Positions 44,634-54,551 of a DNA stretch of 54,551 nt are shown here, piece after piece. Under the pieces are notes generated by a model. That model did no database searches. It saw only the letters and a list, made by a program, of their open reading frames with translations, and was not told the origin of the DNA. The position numbers and the translations under genes were made by a program. This DNA comes from a virus (taxonomy: Duplodnaviria; Caudoviricetes). Location: positions 1 to 54,551 of IMG/VR virus record IMGVR_UViG_3300012231_000002; one strand, 5' to 3'. The stretch's first letter is position 1; each line of letters starts with the position of its first letter.

Positions 44634-46180
44634 TGGACGCCCAGCAGAAGCGAAGGGCGATCGTCCGGGCGAGTAAGGCCGATCCGGTCTTCTTTGCGAA
44701 CAAGTTTCTTCCGAAGAAGCCCCATCCGGGTCAAGTAACGTGGTTGACGAACAGTAACGCGGCCATTAACGTCTTGGTCCCCGGCAACCGCTGGGGCAAG
44801 TCCACCGTTATCGCCATGAAGCACATCTGGAAGTGCGTCTTTCGGGTCGGCCAGACCCGCGACGAGAAGCTGGCGGGCGATCCCTACGAGACCATTTCGG
44901 TCGCGATGTCGGCGGATCAGGCCGAAATCGTCTTCCGAGAGGCCAAGAGGCTTCTTTCGAGCAAGGGACTGCGGCCTCTGGTCAAGGCGTTCCGTTCCAG
45001 TCCCTTCCCGCACATCATCTTCACCAATGGCGCTGTTATGCACTGTCGATCTGCGCATGATGACGGGAAGTACATCGACGGCCATCGCTATATGTACCTG
45101 TCCATTGATGAGGCTGGCTGGATCAACAATTTGCGGCACCTGATGACTAACGTGATCCTGATGCGGCTGGCTGGCGGCGGTGAGATTGACCTGATCGGGA
45201 CGCCCAAGGGTTATAACGACTTGTACTTCTACTATGAGCGTGGTCAGCGGGGTATCGACGGGTATTACAGCCAGCGGGGGAGCATCTACGATAATCCGTT
45301 TCTGCCTAACGAAGACATCAAGATGCGCGATAAGATGTTGATGTCCGCCGATCCGAAGATGCGTGAACAAGTCCTGTACGGCGAGTTCGTTGACTTCACT
45401 GGCTTGGCGTTCACCCGAGACCAGCGAGACAACGCATTTGACCCCGCCCTGCGCGAACACCAGCGCTGGCGGGATGGCCATAAGTACATTGTCGCGTGGG
45501 ACCTCGGGCGGACTACCGACTATACCGTGGGCATCGTCTTGGACATCACGACCCGGCCGTGGACCCTCGTCTCTTATACCCGCCTGAATCGAGTGTCTTG
45601 GGAGGAAATCTATGCGACTATCGAGCGCGTGGCGAAGGAATATCACGTTTCATACTCGACAATCGACTCGACGGGTCCTCAGGGCGACATTATCGAGGAA
45701 GAACTTACGAAACGCGGCACGATGGTCTATGGGTACAAATCGTCCACCAAAATGCTGAAAATCGAGCTGATCAACAACTTGCAGACCGCCTTGGACGAAG
45801 GTCGGACCGCTGAGCGCTTTGCGGAGGAAAAGGATGAGAATGGACATATGATTACCGTCCCGATCCTTCAGCCGCCCGGTACTGGGTGGGGACTCCTCCG
45901 ATTGCCGACTATTACCCAGTTGATGGACGAAATGGGCGTCTATTCGCTCGATGACAAGGATATTCCGTTTACGGACTCGGTTATGTCTCTTGCTCTCGCT
46001 ACATACGCCGCATATGAGGCCGAGGGCCTGACTGAGCCCGTGACCGGTGGTGTCTTCGGTTCTGGCAATCGTGGCGAGGATGAGGTTCCGAATTACCCTG
46101 CCGTTGGGCTGGACAAGACTTGGGCTAATCGTAAGATGGCTGAACTTGCTGAAGAGACGTTAATGTCCGATCCGAGATAG
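44633..46180 (+). CDS. terL: Terminase large subunit
   Basis: PHPGQ, GNRWGKST, SIDEAG, IGTPKG, AWDLGRTTDYT, DSVMSLAL. Confidence 0.95.
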   Translation: MDAQQKRRAIVRASKADPVFFANKFLPKKPHPGQVTWLTNSNAAINVLVPGNRWGKSTVIAMKHIWKCVFRVGQTRDEKLAGDPYETISVAMSADQAEIVFREAKRLLSSKGLRPLVKAFRSSPFPHIIFTNGAVMHCRSAHDDGKYIDGHRYMYLSIDEAGWINNLRHLMTNVILMRLAGGGEIDLIGTPKGYNDLYFYYERGQRGIDGYYSQRGSIYDNPFLPNEDIKMRDKMLMSADPKMREQVLYGEFVDFTGLAFTRDQRDNAFDPALREHQRWRDGHKYIVAWDLGRTTDYTVGIVLDITTRPWTLVSYTRLNRVSWEEIYATIERVAKEYHVSYSTIDSTGPQGDIIEEELTKRGTMVYGYKSSTKMLKIELINNLQTALDEGRTAERFAEEKDENGHMITVPILQPPGTGWGLLRLPTITQLMDEMGVYSLDDKDIPFTDSVMSLALATYAAYEAEGLTEPVTGGVFGSGNRGEDEVPNYPAVGLDKTWANRKMAELAEETLMSDPR

Positions 46181-46247
46181 TCCCTTGCGAACCGGTGTTC
46201 GGTTGGCACATACTAAGTCTGCATATGCACGCCCTTAGGAGACCTAC

Positions 46248-47945
46248 GTGTCCGAGATGACCCGAGATAAGGTCGTAGAGCTTGAACGAGCGCTTCGCCA
46301 AGAGTGGAACACGCGAAATGCTGAATACGACCTCTCGCGGCGTCGATACTTTGGCGATCACTGGGATGCCGAGACAAACCCCGAACCGATCAATCGCTAC
46401 AGCCTGACGCTGAACTATCTGAAGCCGTTCACCGATAAGAGCATCCAGTCGCTCGTTGGGCGGATTCCGGCGATTCAGGTCATGCCACCCGGTACCACGG
46501 AGCCCGACCGCCGTCACGCCGAGGAATTGGAAGGCGTTCTCTACGGGACGTGGGAAGCCAACGATATGGCGACGATCCTTCAGAAGACCGCTTGGGATTC
46601 CTTTGTCTTGCGTCGCGGGTTGATCTACCTCTGGTGGGACCCTGACAAGAGAATGGTCAAGATGAAGAACTGCGCACCCGAGCATTTCTTCCCCGACTAC
46701 GATGGCGACGAGATTTACCGTGCTATCTACGTTCAGCGCCGGAAGACCGAGGCGCTGAAGGAGCAGTATCCGAATCATGCGTCAGATATCCATTCTGACA
46801 GTGGGATGAACCATCCGTTCGTGGAGGGTTCCGATCCCAACCGGACCGGCGCTACTGACCAGACCACGGTCGTGGATTGCTATACGGCCGATGGTTGGTT
46901 CTATCGCGTGATGGGTGATGCGTTCATCTCCCAGAAGCTGGACCTTCCGTGGGAGGGAATCCCGTTCGTGGAGTTCCCGTGCTACCCGGTTTCCGGGGAG
47001 ACTGAGCCCCTGAACCTTCTTGATCAGCTTGTTGAGTTGAACCAGTACCTCGACCAGTTGGTGTCGCAGCAGGCTGATATCATCGCCCGGTATGCCAACC
47101 CCGTGGTTATCGCGAAGGCGACTGGTCAGAGTCCTGAGGCGATTCGCAAGGCGATGGGCTCGCCGGGTGCGGTTATCCCCGTGCGCCCTGACGGCGACCT
47201 GACCCTGCTGGGTTGGTCTGGGAATATCCCCGCCATCGAGCAGCAGATGGAGTTCGTGATTGACTCACTGTTTGACCTCGGCGGGAAGCCCCGGAGTGCC
47301 TTCGGTCAGCAGACGAGTCAGCAGAGCGGCGTTCAGACGAATCTCTCGCTCTCGCCGACCGTCCAGAGCAACGAGTACCATGAGTCGATCTGGGGCCAGC
47401 GCCTTGGGTGCCTGAACAAGTACATTCTTATGCTCTGGGAAAAGAACATGCCGGGTGACATCATCCATTTCGAGGGGAGTTATCGCAAGGCGAGCGGAAC
47501 CCAGACCTACTACGATGTGTCGATTACCGGTGAGGAAATCGAGGGCTGGTACAAGAACCGGATCAAGTGGCCTAGCGCCTATCGGATTGACGATCCGGTC
47601 TATATCCAGAACCAGCTTCAGCAGTTGACGAGTGATCCGCCCGCTATCTCGCTTTATACCTATCAGGAGAATGTGGGTCGCGAGGACGTGGAGGCTGAGA
47701 TTGATAGGATCAAGGAGCAGTTGATGGACCCGCGTATCCATCCCGAGCGTCTTCAGTCCGCCGTGGATGCTGCCGCCAGCGTGTCGGGGGCCGGACTCGA
47801 TCCGGGCTTTGCGCCCGATGCTGGTCTTGGGCTTCCCGGTGTCGAGCCTGATACGGGCGTTGCTGGTGCTTTTGGCGAACAACTGGAAGCTGGCGCTACG
47901 CCCTATACGTCGGACCTCGCTCAAACCGCCAAGCCGAAGTACTAA
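46248..47945 (+). CDS. Portal protein
   Basis: Follows TerL; 565 aa; RBS AGGAG + GTG; IPFVEFP, LVELNQYLD..VS motifs. Confidence 0.85.
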   Translation: MSEMTRDKVVELERALRQEWNTRNAEYDLSRRRYFGDHWDAETNPEPINRYSLTLNYLKPFTDKSIQSLVGRIPAIQVMPPGTTEPDRRHAEELEGVLYGTWEANDMATILQKTAWDSFVLRRGLIYLWWDPDKRMVKMKNCAPEHFFPDYDGDEIYRAIYVQRRKTEALKEQYPNHASDIHSDSGMNHPFVEGSDPNRTGATDQTTVVDCYTADGWFYRVMGDAFISQKLDLPWEGIPFVEFPCYPVSGETEPLNLLDQLVELNQYLDQLVSQQADIIARYANPVVIAKATGQSPEAIRKAMGSPGAVIPVRPDGDLTLLGWSGNIPAIEQQMEFVIDSLFDLGGKPRSAFGQQTSQQSGVQTNLSLSPTVQSNEYHESIWGQRLGCLNKYILMLWEKNMPGDIIHFEGSYRKASGTQTYYDVSITGEEIEGWYKNRIKWPSAYRIDDPVYIQNQLQQLTSDPPAISLYTYQENVGREDVEAEIDRIKEQLMDPRIHPERLQSAVDAAASVSGAGLDPGFAPDAGLGLPGVEPDTGVAGAFGEQLEAGATPYTSDLAQTAKPKY

Positions 47946-47948
47946 ACC

Positions 47949-50900
47949 GTGGCTAACACGGTCAGTGACGGAGGGAGCAGTAGCACCCGGACCGGGGGTC
48001 ACTGGGAGCGCCGCGCCTATCGTTTCTCCCTTCCTAATGGTGGTTCTGAAATCCGGTACCAGATGGTCTGGGTTCAGGATAAGGCACCCGTTAAACGACG
48101 GCCTAAGCCTCCGAAGAGGAAGAAGAAGGTTGCCGTTACCGTCAATACTCGGCAGCAGCAGATTGCTAGGCAAAATGAGGCCGCTGCTAGGCTGGGCGCG
48201 GCTGCCGCTGTTGCCAAGGCCCAGCAGCAGGCCGTTGCTCGCGCGCGCGCCATCGCCTATCAGGAGCTTCGCGCCAAGCAACTGAGGATCATCAACTCTC
48301 GCCGCCCTCTTCCGGGCAAGCCCGTGACTCCTGCTCCTATGATTCGACCGCCTCAGGGTCCTGCTGGCCCCGGCCAGAATACGCTTACTGAGCAGCAGCA
48401 GATGGCTGCCGAGAAGGCGTATATGCGGCAGAAGCAGCAAGAGGCCCTTCAGGCCGCTACCCGTGCCAAGGCCAAGCGCGATGCTTTGATCAAGGGCGGG
48501 TCGTACGAGTTCCCCTTGCCCAATGGTGGGACTGAGACTCGCTTCTATCCCCAGAAGGGTGATCCTCAGACTGGGAAAGATTTGGAAGAGCAGATTCGTC
48601 TAGAGGCCGCTGAGGCTCGCCGGACCGGGAAGGTGGACAACGACTACCTCAAAAAGCTTCAGGGCAAGTATGAGGAGCACGCCAAGGCGGTGTATGCCAA
48701 GTATGAGCGTCTTGTTGCCCAGTTGAATGCCGCCCTTGCCAAGAAGAACATGAAGCGCGCCCGCGATCTGTACTACAGCAGTGAGTTCAAGGCTGCTCGT
48801 GATGAGTTCACACGCCTTTATGGGAAGGGAACTGACCCGACGAAGGATGGCGAGTACGGTAAGTTCTACGAAGAGCAGAAGACGATTGCCAATAGCCAGC
48901 GCGAGTGGTGGAAGAGCCAGATGCGTGCTGCTCTACAGAGTCAGTTGAACCAACTCGAACATCAGATGGGCCCCTTTACTGATACCCAGACTGATGAGAG
49001 GAAAATGATTCAGGCCCAACTGGATGCTTTTAACGGGAAGACTACTCGTGTTCCTGACCAGAATATGCCGGGTGGTTATCGGTATCTGACTCTGGAAGAG
49101 GAACTACAGCGCCAGCAGGCGTTGATCATTGCCCAGAGGGAGAAGCTGGCGGCTGAGCGCAACCGGAATGAGATGCTTCGTAAAAAGGACATGATGCTGA
49201 CCGGTTACGTGGACTATAAGAACACGATGGTCAAGAAGGACGACCTTCCCCTGATCCAGACGTGGGAGCGGTTGGTCGCACAGAATCCGGCCCTGATGCC
49301 CGAGGGTGGTTTCCGGCGTCCTGATCAGGTTCAGTCTGCCGCCAATACGTTGTTGTCTGAGTGGGAGCGGGCGAATCCCAAGCCGTCTGCTCGATTTCCC
49401 GGCGATTACCAGCGCTGGAAGGCCAAGCGCGATGCTTACGAGAAGTACGTTTACGAGTTCTTCGGGAACAAGCCCCCCGAGTGGTGGGAGCGGGCCATTT
49501 CTGCCCCCGGCATCTCGCACGCCCTGTCGTTGCTTCAGGCCCCGAACTCGGCTATCGGCGCTGGTGGTCGAGTCTTGACCGCGCTCTTTAGCGGTTCTTC
49601 GACCATCGGGGTCAATAACCTCGATATGAATAACGCCCCGTCCAGCTATAAGGCTTCACAGGCGAAGGCTGAACGGGACTTCCTCGCCAAGAATGGCTAT
49701 GGCTACCGCTGGCAGCAGGGCCTCGCGATGGCCAAGGAACAGGCTCGACAGGCGTGGTTGGCTTCTCCTGAGGGTCGTCAGTGGGTTCTTCAGCAGCAAA
49801 TCGCCCAGCGGCAGAAGTCCCAGCAAGAGGACATCGAGTTCAAGGCCGGGTTCTACGGCGGGAATACTAACGCCCTGCCACAGATCGCCAAGGACCCCGG
49901 TGGCGCTCTTCGTGCCCTGAACGAATATGGGCAGGCTCCGTTTCAGAATGAGGGCGCGAATCTTCTGTTCAATCTTCTCGCCGATCCCACGAACGCTATT
50001 CCCCTGAAGGCGACGACTTACCTTGCGCGTGGGAAGTATGCCTTTGAGGCGGCTGAGGCTGCGAAGGGTCTTCTGAAGCCGACCGCCAAGGCGTCTGCTG
50101 CGATGCGCGCCTTCCTGACGGTGGACGAGGGCACCCTGAAGAAGATCATGCAGGGCGAGAAGTTGATGAAGGAGTTGAAGGTCGAGGGCATGAGCATCGA
50201 GCGCCTGACCGACCTGTTCCGCGAGCAGACTGCTGGGCTCTCGAAACTTGCGGAGAGGAAGTCCGTCCTGAATGACATCCTGCGCAGGACCGGTTTTCTG
50301 CCCCGTGAGGTTTCTGAGTCCCAGTTGTTCAACCTTGTGGAAGACTTGGCTGTGGGTCTTGCCGAGAAGAGGGGCCTTCACCTACTGACCGAGGTCGAAA
50401 AGCAGGCCAAGATCACGGAAGACCTGTTGAAGCAGGCTGATGTCGAGGCGAAGGCTGCCGAAGCGAGCCTGAAGGCTGATCGCGAGGTCGTCCAGAGAAG
50501 TCAGACGATTCGCGCCAAGGCTAACCAGAGTGCCCGCGAAGTGCTTCAGAAGCAGCGGGCTTCATCTATTGCGGCTAAGACGCCTCCGACCCCGAAGCCC
50601 GTTGCGACTCCGCGTGCCTCGTTTGCTCGGTTCCGTCTGGATTCTCGTGGTAATTCGGCTGCCCCTGCCGTCTTCAAGGAAGAGGCCGGGTACGTTTACC
50701 GTGTGGTTCACGAGGCACGGGTGGGAAGCGACTGGCGTGCTGGTGAATTTGCTTCGCGTAAACTTCAGACTGTGTATGTGACTGACCTTGATCGGTCGAT
50801 CATTCTTCGTGTTAAGGAGTCGAAGGGGTTCGAGCAGGCTACTTCTGGCTTGAATGCCAAGGACAATGTTCGCGCTAAGGCGATTATCTCTGCGGATGAA

Positions 50901-53900
50901 GTAGAGGTTCTGACTGCTGAGGGGAACTGGGTTCCTGTCTCGGCTGGTTCTCAGACACCAGAGGCTCGTCTGCGTGCCGAGGCTGCTGGGCGTAACCCAA
51001 TGCCTGATCCGTTTACCGGTGAACCCCGCCCGTACTCCGAACAGGTCGCTAAGGCCGTGGACGCCGAAGAGGCGAAGAAGTACAAGGCTGAGATGGCGAA
51101 GGCCCACGGGCACGTTGATCAGACCATCGAGAAGACCGCTGCCCTCGAAAAGAAGACTGGAACCGATCCCGACCCCGCTGGGCCGATTCCGTTCCATGCC
51201 GATGACCCATACGCTGATAATCCTCTTCCGAGCCTGTCTGAGCAGGACTGGCTCCGAAAGGAGAAGTTCCGCGCCCACACGGTTCTGACCTCCAAAACCT
51301 CTTCTGCTGCTGCCAAGAATGCTGCCCGCGCTCGAATTAAGTTGATCGAGCGCGCGGAAGAGGCGATCAAGGGCGAGCGCCGTTCTGCCCACCATGTCAA
51401 GTTGGTGCTGAAGGCGCATGGCGCTGAGGCCAAGAAGGCGATTCCGCCGAACCAGATTTCGCCCCTCGCGCTCTCTTCCTATGACGCTGGTGTGGAGCAG
51501 GTTCGCTCGCTCTGGCGGCGACTCTTGAACACGCCGGTCGGTCCTGTCGAGGGTGGGACCCATCACATTACTGTGGGCGGCAAGCAACTCGACCATATTC
51601 CGAAGCACGTCTATGACGAGGTTGAGGCGAAGGTCTCTGCCTATATCCGTGCAGCCCGTGGTGGCTGGCGGAACGAATTGCTGACTAAGCGGAAGCAGAA
51701 GGGCGGGTCCAAGCCCGAACTTCAACTCGGCGAAGAGCCGCCCATCCCCATCGCTGGCCGGATGTCGGATAAGGACCCGCTCGTGCTGGAAGCGAAGAAG
51801 CAGGCCCTTCTCGATTACGCCCGCGACACCGGGACCAAAATCAGTGTTGAGGCGTATGACGAGGCCCGTCACGTGCTCTGGCGCTCGTTCGTCCAGAATA
51901 AGTCCGCCCGCTATCTGTTGACGAAGGCCAAGAAGTACCGTCTGCTGAACAAGGATGTCTCGCTTGAAGACGCCTTCCTGCACGTGCGGAAGATCGAGGC
52001 CGAGAAGGAGTCTCTCCGGCAGCTTCAGGTGGTCGCACGCGAGATGCCGGGGTTCAAGTCTGAAGAGATTATGGCTGAGTTCCTCCGGCGCTACAGTGAT
52101 GACGGCATCCTGTATCACCCTGCCAAGCCACTGAGCGAGTTCCAGCGGGCTACGGTCGAGGGGTACATCAAGGACATCACTGGATTCAACGAACTAGACG
52201 ACCGAATGGCTGGGTTCCTTCAGTCTGCCAACCGTCCGCCGTTCGAGAACCGCGAGTTGACTAAGGGCTTCCTTACCCGTATCGGAGCGTGGAGCCCACG
52301 CAAGAGCGAGTTGTTCCTCGCCGATGCGACTTCGTGGAGCGTTCAGGAAGAGGCCCGGTACTGGCTGGTCAACTATGGAGAGATTCCTGAGTGGGCCGAT
52401 GAACTCGCCCTTGTGCGTGGAAACAAGGCGTTCTTCAGGAATGATGGCCTTCACTATGCCCAACTTCAGGCGTGGGGCGTGTTCAACCGTGCCGCCGATC
52501 TGAAGATGCGTGCTTCTGGTAAGACCGCGAAGGAGATTGAGGCGGCTCAGTTGGAGAGCGGGCGACGTTCGTTGGCCCAGCAGCGGAAGTTCGCCATCGA
52601 GCGGTATGGCAAGTTGGTGTCGAGGGATGGCAAGACGCTGGATGAGATGCCATGGTTGATGAACGATGGAGAGTATCGCCGCTACCTTGCTCGCGATATG
52701 GCCGAGGCTCTGCCTCCCCAGTTCATCCAGAACGCCGCCGAACTGGATGAGTTCATCGAACTGGCCAATAAGGTGTTGAATCCTCTGTTCGAGAAGTACA
52801 TCGGCGAGAAGGCCGTGGATGGTGTGGTTGATTACACCGACCTCCTTCGCTACGTTTCCGAGGTTCAGGCCACGCTGCTGGCTAGTCCGAAGTGGGCTCG
52901 CCGCCACCGGGACATTCTTGGCGATGGATTGAATACTTGGGCGTGGTTCAACCGCTGGCTCGTGTTCAGCAACCCCTCGTTCCTCGTCACCAACGTGATC
53001 GACGCTCCGATCAAGACTGCGTACTACACGTTCACTCGGCGTGGCTTGTTCAGTGTTGACCTTGCCCGCGTCAGTGCCGATGCTCGCGCCGGTGCGCTTT
53101 CCTTGACTCCATCTTCTATTGGGTACGATACGACTTCTGCGATGTACCGCGTGAAGCAGGCTAGCGTCAAGAGCCGCTTGACCGATCCGCGCGGGTATTC
53201 CGATATGGAGCGTGCCGTGGATCGTGGTCTTGCTCTGGTTGATGGTACCGGGGCGGTGTTCCCTGAGATTGCCGGTCGTGTGGAACTTGCCCACCAGATG
53301 GCGCTGGCTCGCCAGATTTACGCCACGTTCTATGATGACGCGATCAAGCGGCTGGGGGATACGCCCGCGACCCGCGAGTTGGCTGATGCCTACGCCAAGA
53401 ATATGGCTAGCAAGGAGGCTCGCCATATGTGGCCCTCCGCTGGTGATGCTCCTATCGAGCGTTTGTGGAATCGGATCGTGCCGTTCGCCTCGTATAGCGT
53501 GCGGAACAAGCTGATGTTCATTTCTGAGGCGGTCGGCCATCCCGCCCTGCTGAACTACATCGACGCCATTGGGCGCTATATCGAGCAGGAGAACCTGAAG
53601 AACTGGGAGGCGAACCCGGACACCAAGGACTTCGAGATGCCCGAGCATCTCCGGCGTCGCCTCGAAATCCCGTGGGCCAAGGGGTATTACCTCGACCTCT
53701 CCACGTTCACCGATGCCTCGCGCGGCCTGAAGCCCCTCTTCGCCGATAACTCCAATACGACCGCTCAGGACTTTGCCGCCCAGTGGATCAGGCTCGTGAA
53801 TCCCGGCCCGCAGGCTGGTATCTACGCCCTGTTCAATGCCTTTGGCCTGTTCCCTCGCACGGGCTGGGTGCTGAATGCCAATGGCGAGTGGGAGCGCCGG

Positions 53901-54551
53901 ACCGTGGGCTGGACCGAGCCGTGGTCGAAGGACAATCCCGATCTGTCTTCCGTCTTCTGGATGGTGGACGCCATGGAGAGCGCCCAGCAGTATGGCATCG
54001 GCGGGTTCACTGGCGATGAGGCGACCATGCTTCTCGGACAGGTCTTGTTCTTCAACGGGATCAGCACCTACGACAAGGGCTCTGTCTACAACGCCTATTA
54101 CTTCACGCTGAAGGAGAAGTCGCCCGAGGACGCGAAGAAGTGGCTGCTGACCCCTCACGGTAAGTATCTTCTCGACTGGTGGGAGGATCGTGCCAAGGAC
54201 CCCAAGCTGGTCAAGGACCAGTTCTCCTCCATGGCCAAGAATGCCCTCGATCCTTCGCCGTGGTTCCATGACCAGACGCCCCAGTTCCAGAAGAAGCTGA
54301 AGGACGCCCGTGACCTGATCCGTGCCATTCGACAGGGCTTTGCCGCCGAGTTGTCCCAGTTGACTCCCGGTACGAAGGAATACCGTGAGATGAAGGCGCG
54401 GATGTACATGGCGATCAACAACGTCTACCTCAATACGCCGGAGTTGATGTACGCGGATGTCTTCTCCAAGACGCCTACTGAGTGGGCCGCTCAGTTGGAA
54501 GACTGGGAAATCGACAAGCACATGGACGACTTCATGGCCTTGTCCCGCCAG
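47949..54551 (+). CDS. Giant protein, N-terminal part (continues across the join to 1710; ~2,729 aa); probable internal virion/DNA-ejection protein
   Basis: GTG 3 nt after the portal stop (VANTVSDGG...). The ORF track lists no stop-terminated ORF in this frame to the end. Position 54429 is in frame with position 1. Lies between portal and scaffold. Confidence 0.8.
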   Translation, partial: MANTVSDGGSSSTRTGGHWERRAYRFSLPNGGSEIRYQMVWVQDKAPVKRRPKPPKRKKKVAVTVNTRQQQIARQNEAAARLGAAAAVAKAQQQAVARARAIAYQELRAKQLRIINSRRPLPGKPVTPAPMIRPPQGPAGPGQNTLTEQQQMAAEKAYMRQKQQEALQAATRAKAKRDALIKGGSYEFPLPNGGTETRFYPQKGDPQTGKDLEEQIRLEAAEARRTGKVDNDYLKKLQGKYEEHAKAVYAKYERLVAQLNAALAKKNMKRARDLYYSSEFKAARDEFTRLYGKGTDPTKDGEYGKFYEEQKTIANSQREWWKSQMRAALQSQLNQLEHQMGPFTDTQTDERKMIQAQLDAFNGKTTRVPDQNMPGGYRYLTLEEELQRQQALIIAQREKLAAERNRNEMLRKKDMMLTGYVDYKNTMVKKDDLPLIQTWERLVAQNPALMPEGGFRRPDQVQSAANTLLSEWERANPKPSARFPGDYQRWKAKRDAYEKYVYEFFGNKPPEWWERAISAPGISHALSLLQAPNSAIGAGGRVLTALFSGSSTIGVNNLDMNNAPSSYKASQAKAERDFLAKNGYGYRWQQGLAMAKEQARQAWLASPEGRQWVLQQQIAQRQKSQQEDIEFKAGFYGGNTNALPQIAKDPGGALRALNEYGQAPFQNEGANLLFNLLADPTNAIPLKATTYLARGKYAFEAAEAAKGLLKPTAKASAAMRAFLTVDEGTLKKIMQGEKLMKELKVEGMSIERLTDLFREQTAGLSKLAERKSVLNDILRRTGFLPREVSESQLFNLVEDLAVGLAEKRGLHLLTEVEKQAKITEDLLKQADVEAKAAEASLKADREVVQRSQTIRAKANQSAREVLQKQRASSIAAKTPPTPKPVATPRASFARFRLDSRGNSAAPAVFKEEAGYVYRVVHEARVGSDWRAGEFASRKLQTVYVTDLDRSIILRVKESKGFEQATSGLNAKDNVRAKAIISADEVEVLTAEGNWVPVSAGSQTPEARLRAEAAGRNPMPDPFTGEPRPYSEQVAKAVDAEEAKKYKAEMAKAHGHVDQTIEKTAALEKKTGTDPDPAGPIPFHADDPYADNPLPSLSEQDWLRKEKFRAHTVLTSKTSSAAAKNAARARIKLIERAEEAIKGERRSAHHVKLVLKAHGAEAKKAIPPNQISPLALSSYDAGVEQVRSLWRRLLNTPVGPVEGGTHHITVGGKQLDHIPKHVYDEVEAKVSAYIRAARGGWRNELLTKRKQKGGSKPELQLGEEPPIPIAGRMSDKDPLVLEAKKQALLDYARDTGTKISVEAYDEARHVLWRSFVQNKSARYLLTKAKKYRLLNKDVSLEDAFLHVRKIEAEKESLRQLQVVAREMPGFKSEEIMAEFLRRYSDDGILYHPAKPLSEFQRATVEGYIKDITGFNELDDRMAGFLQSANRPPFENRELTKGFLTRIGAWSPRKSELFLADATSWSVQEEARYWLVNYGEIPEWADELALVRGNKAFFRNDGLHYAQLQAWGVFNRAADLKMRASGKTAKEIEAAQLESGRRSLAQQRKFAIERYGKLVSRDGKTLDEMPWLMNDGEYRRYLARDMAEALPPQFIQNAAELDEFIELANKVLNPLFEKYIGEKAVDGVVDYTDLLRYVSEVQATLLASPKWARRHRDILGDGLNTWAWFNRWLVFSNPSFLVTNVIDAPIKTAYYTFTRRGLFSVDLARVSADARAGALSLTPSSIGYDTTSAMYRVKQASVKSRLTDPRGYSDMERAVDRGLALVDGTGAVFPEIAGRVELAHQMALARQIYATFYDDAIKRLGDTPATRELADAYAKNMASKEARHMWPSAGDAPIERLWNRIVPFASYSVRNKLMFISEAVGHPALLNYIDAIGRYIEQENLKNWEANPDTKDFEMPEHLRRRLEIPWAKGYYLDLSTFTDASRGLKPLFADNSNTTAQDFAAQWIRLVNPGPQAGIYALFNAFGLFPRTGWVLNANGEWERRTVGWTEPWSKDNPDLSSVFWMVDAMESAQQYGIGGFTGDEATMLLGQVLFFNGISTYDKGSVYNAYYFTLKEKSPEDAKKWLLTPHGKYLLDWWEDRAKDPKLVKDQFSSMAKNALDPSPWFHDQTPQFQKKLKDARDLIRAIRQGFAAELSQLTPGTKEYREMKARMYMAINNVYLNTPELMYADVFSKTPTEWAAQLEDWEIDKHMDDFMALSRQ
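54429..54551. repeat. Terminal direct repeat, copy 2
   Basis: Identical to 1-123. Confidence 0.97.

Noticed and set aside
50562-54521. Long minus-strand ORFs (518 aa and 775 aa), and 47265..48440
   Set aside because: Antisense shadows of the codon-biased giant + strand gene; no recognisable motifs
1-54551. Stop-codon reassignment, integrase or diversity-generating retroelement
   Set aside because: Genes read intact in code 11 with all three stops used; no recombinase or reverse-transcriptase motifs were recognised

Overview
The window is an apparently complete, circularly permuted tailed-phage genome. Bases 1-123 are identical to 54429-54551, giving a unit genome of 54,428 bp with high GC. 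The + strand arm (about 42961 to 54551, wrapping to 1-18968) carries the virion genes: small and large terminase, portal, a ~2,729-aa protein that spans the join and is missing from the ORF track, scaffold, N4-gp56-type major capsid protein, podovirus-like adaptor/nozzle proteins, and FnIII/DNRLRE/repeat fibre proteins. No tape-measure or tail-tube gene is evident. The - strand arm (about 19100-42900) carries early and replication genes: primase-polymerase, P-loop ATPase, SSB-like protein, Cas4/RecB-like nuclease, endonuclease VII, amidase, MazG-like NTP-PPase and two SLOG proteins. No integrase or canonical tRNA was recognised. Four signals stand out. (1) A complete phage-encoded ubiquitin-like conjugation set (Ubl ending KG-V, E2-like, JAB protease, ThiF/E1; PRTRC-like but without ParB). 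(2) Six small, otherwise unrelated genes packed around the E1 gene, plus one or two elsewhere, that all begin with the same motif M-x-x-L-H-x-I; these are candidate exchangeable adaptors or substrates. (3) A 147-nt miniature tmRNA-like RNA with a G3.U70 alanine acceptor stem and 3' ACCA, inside a cluster of structured non-coding elements. (4) A free-standing copy of the class II ribonucleotide reductase C-terminal Cys tail. All family assignments come from motif recognition by eye; no searches were run.
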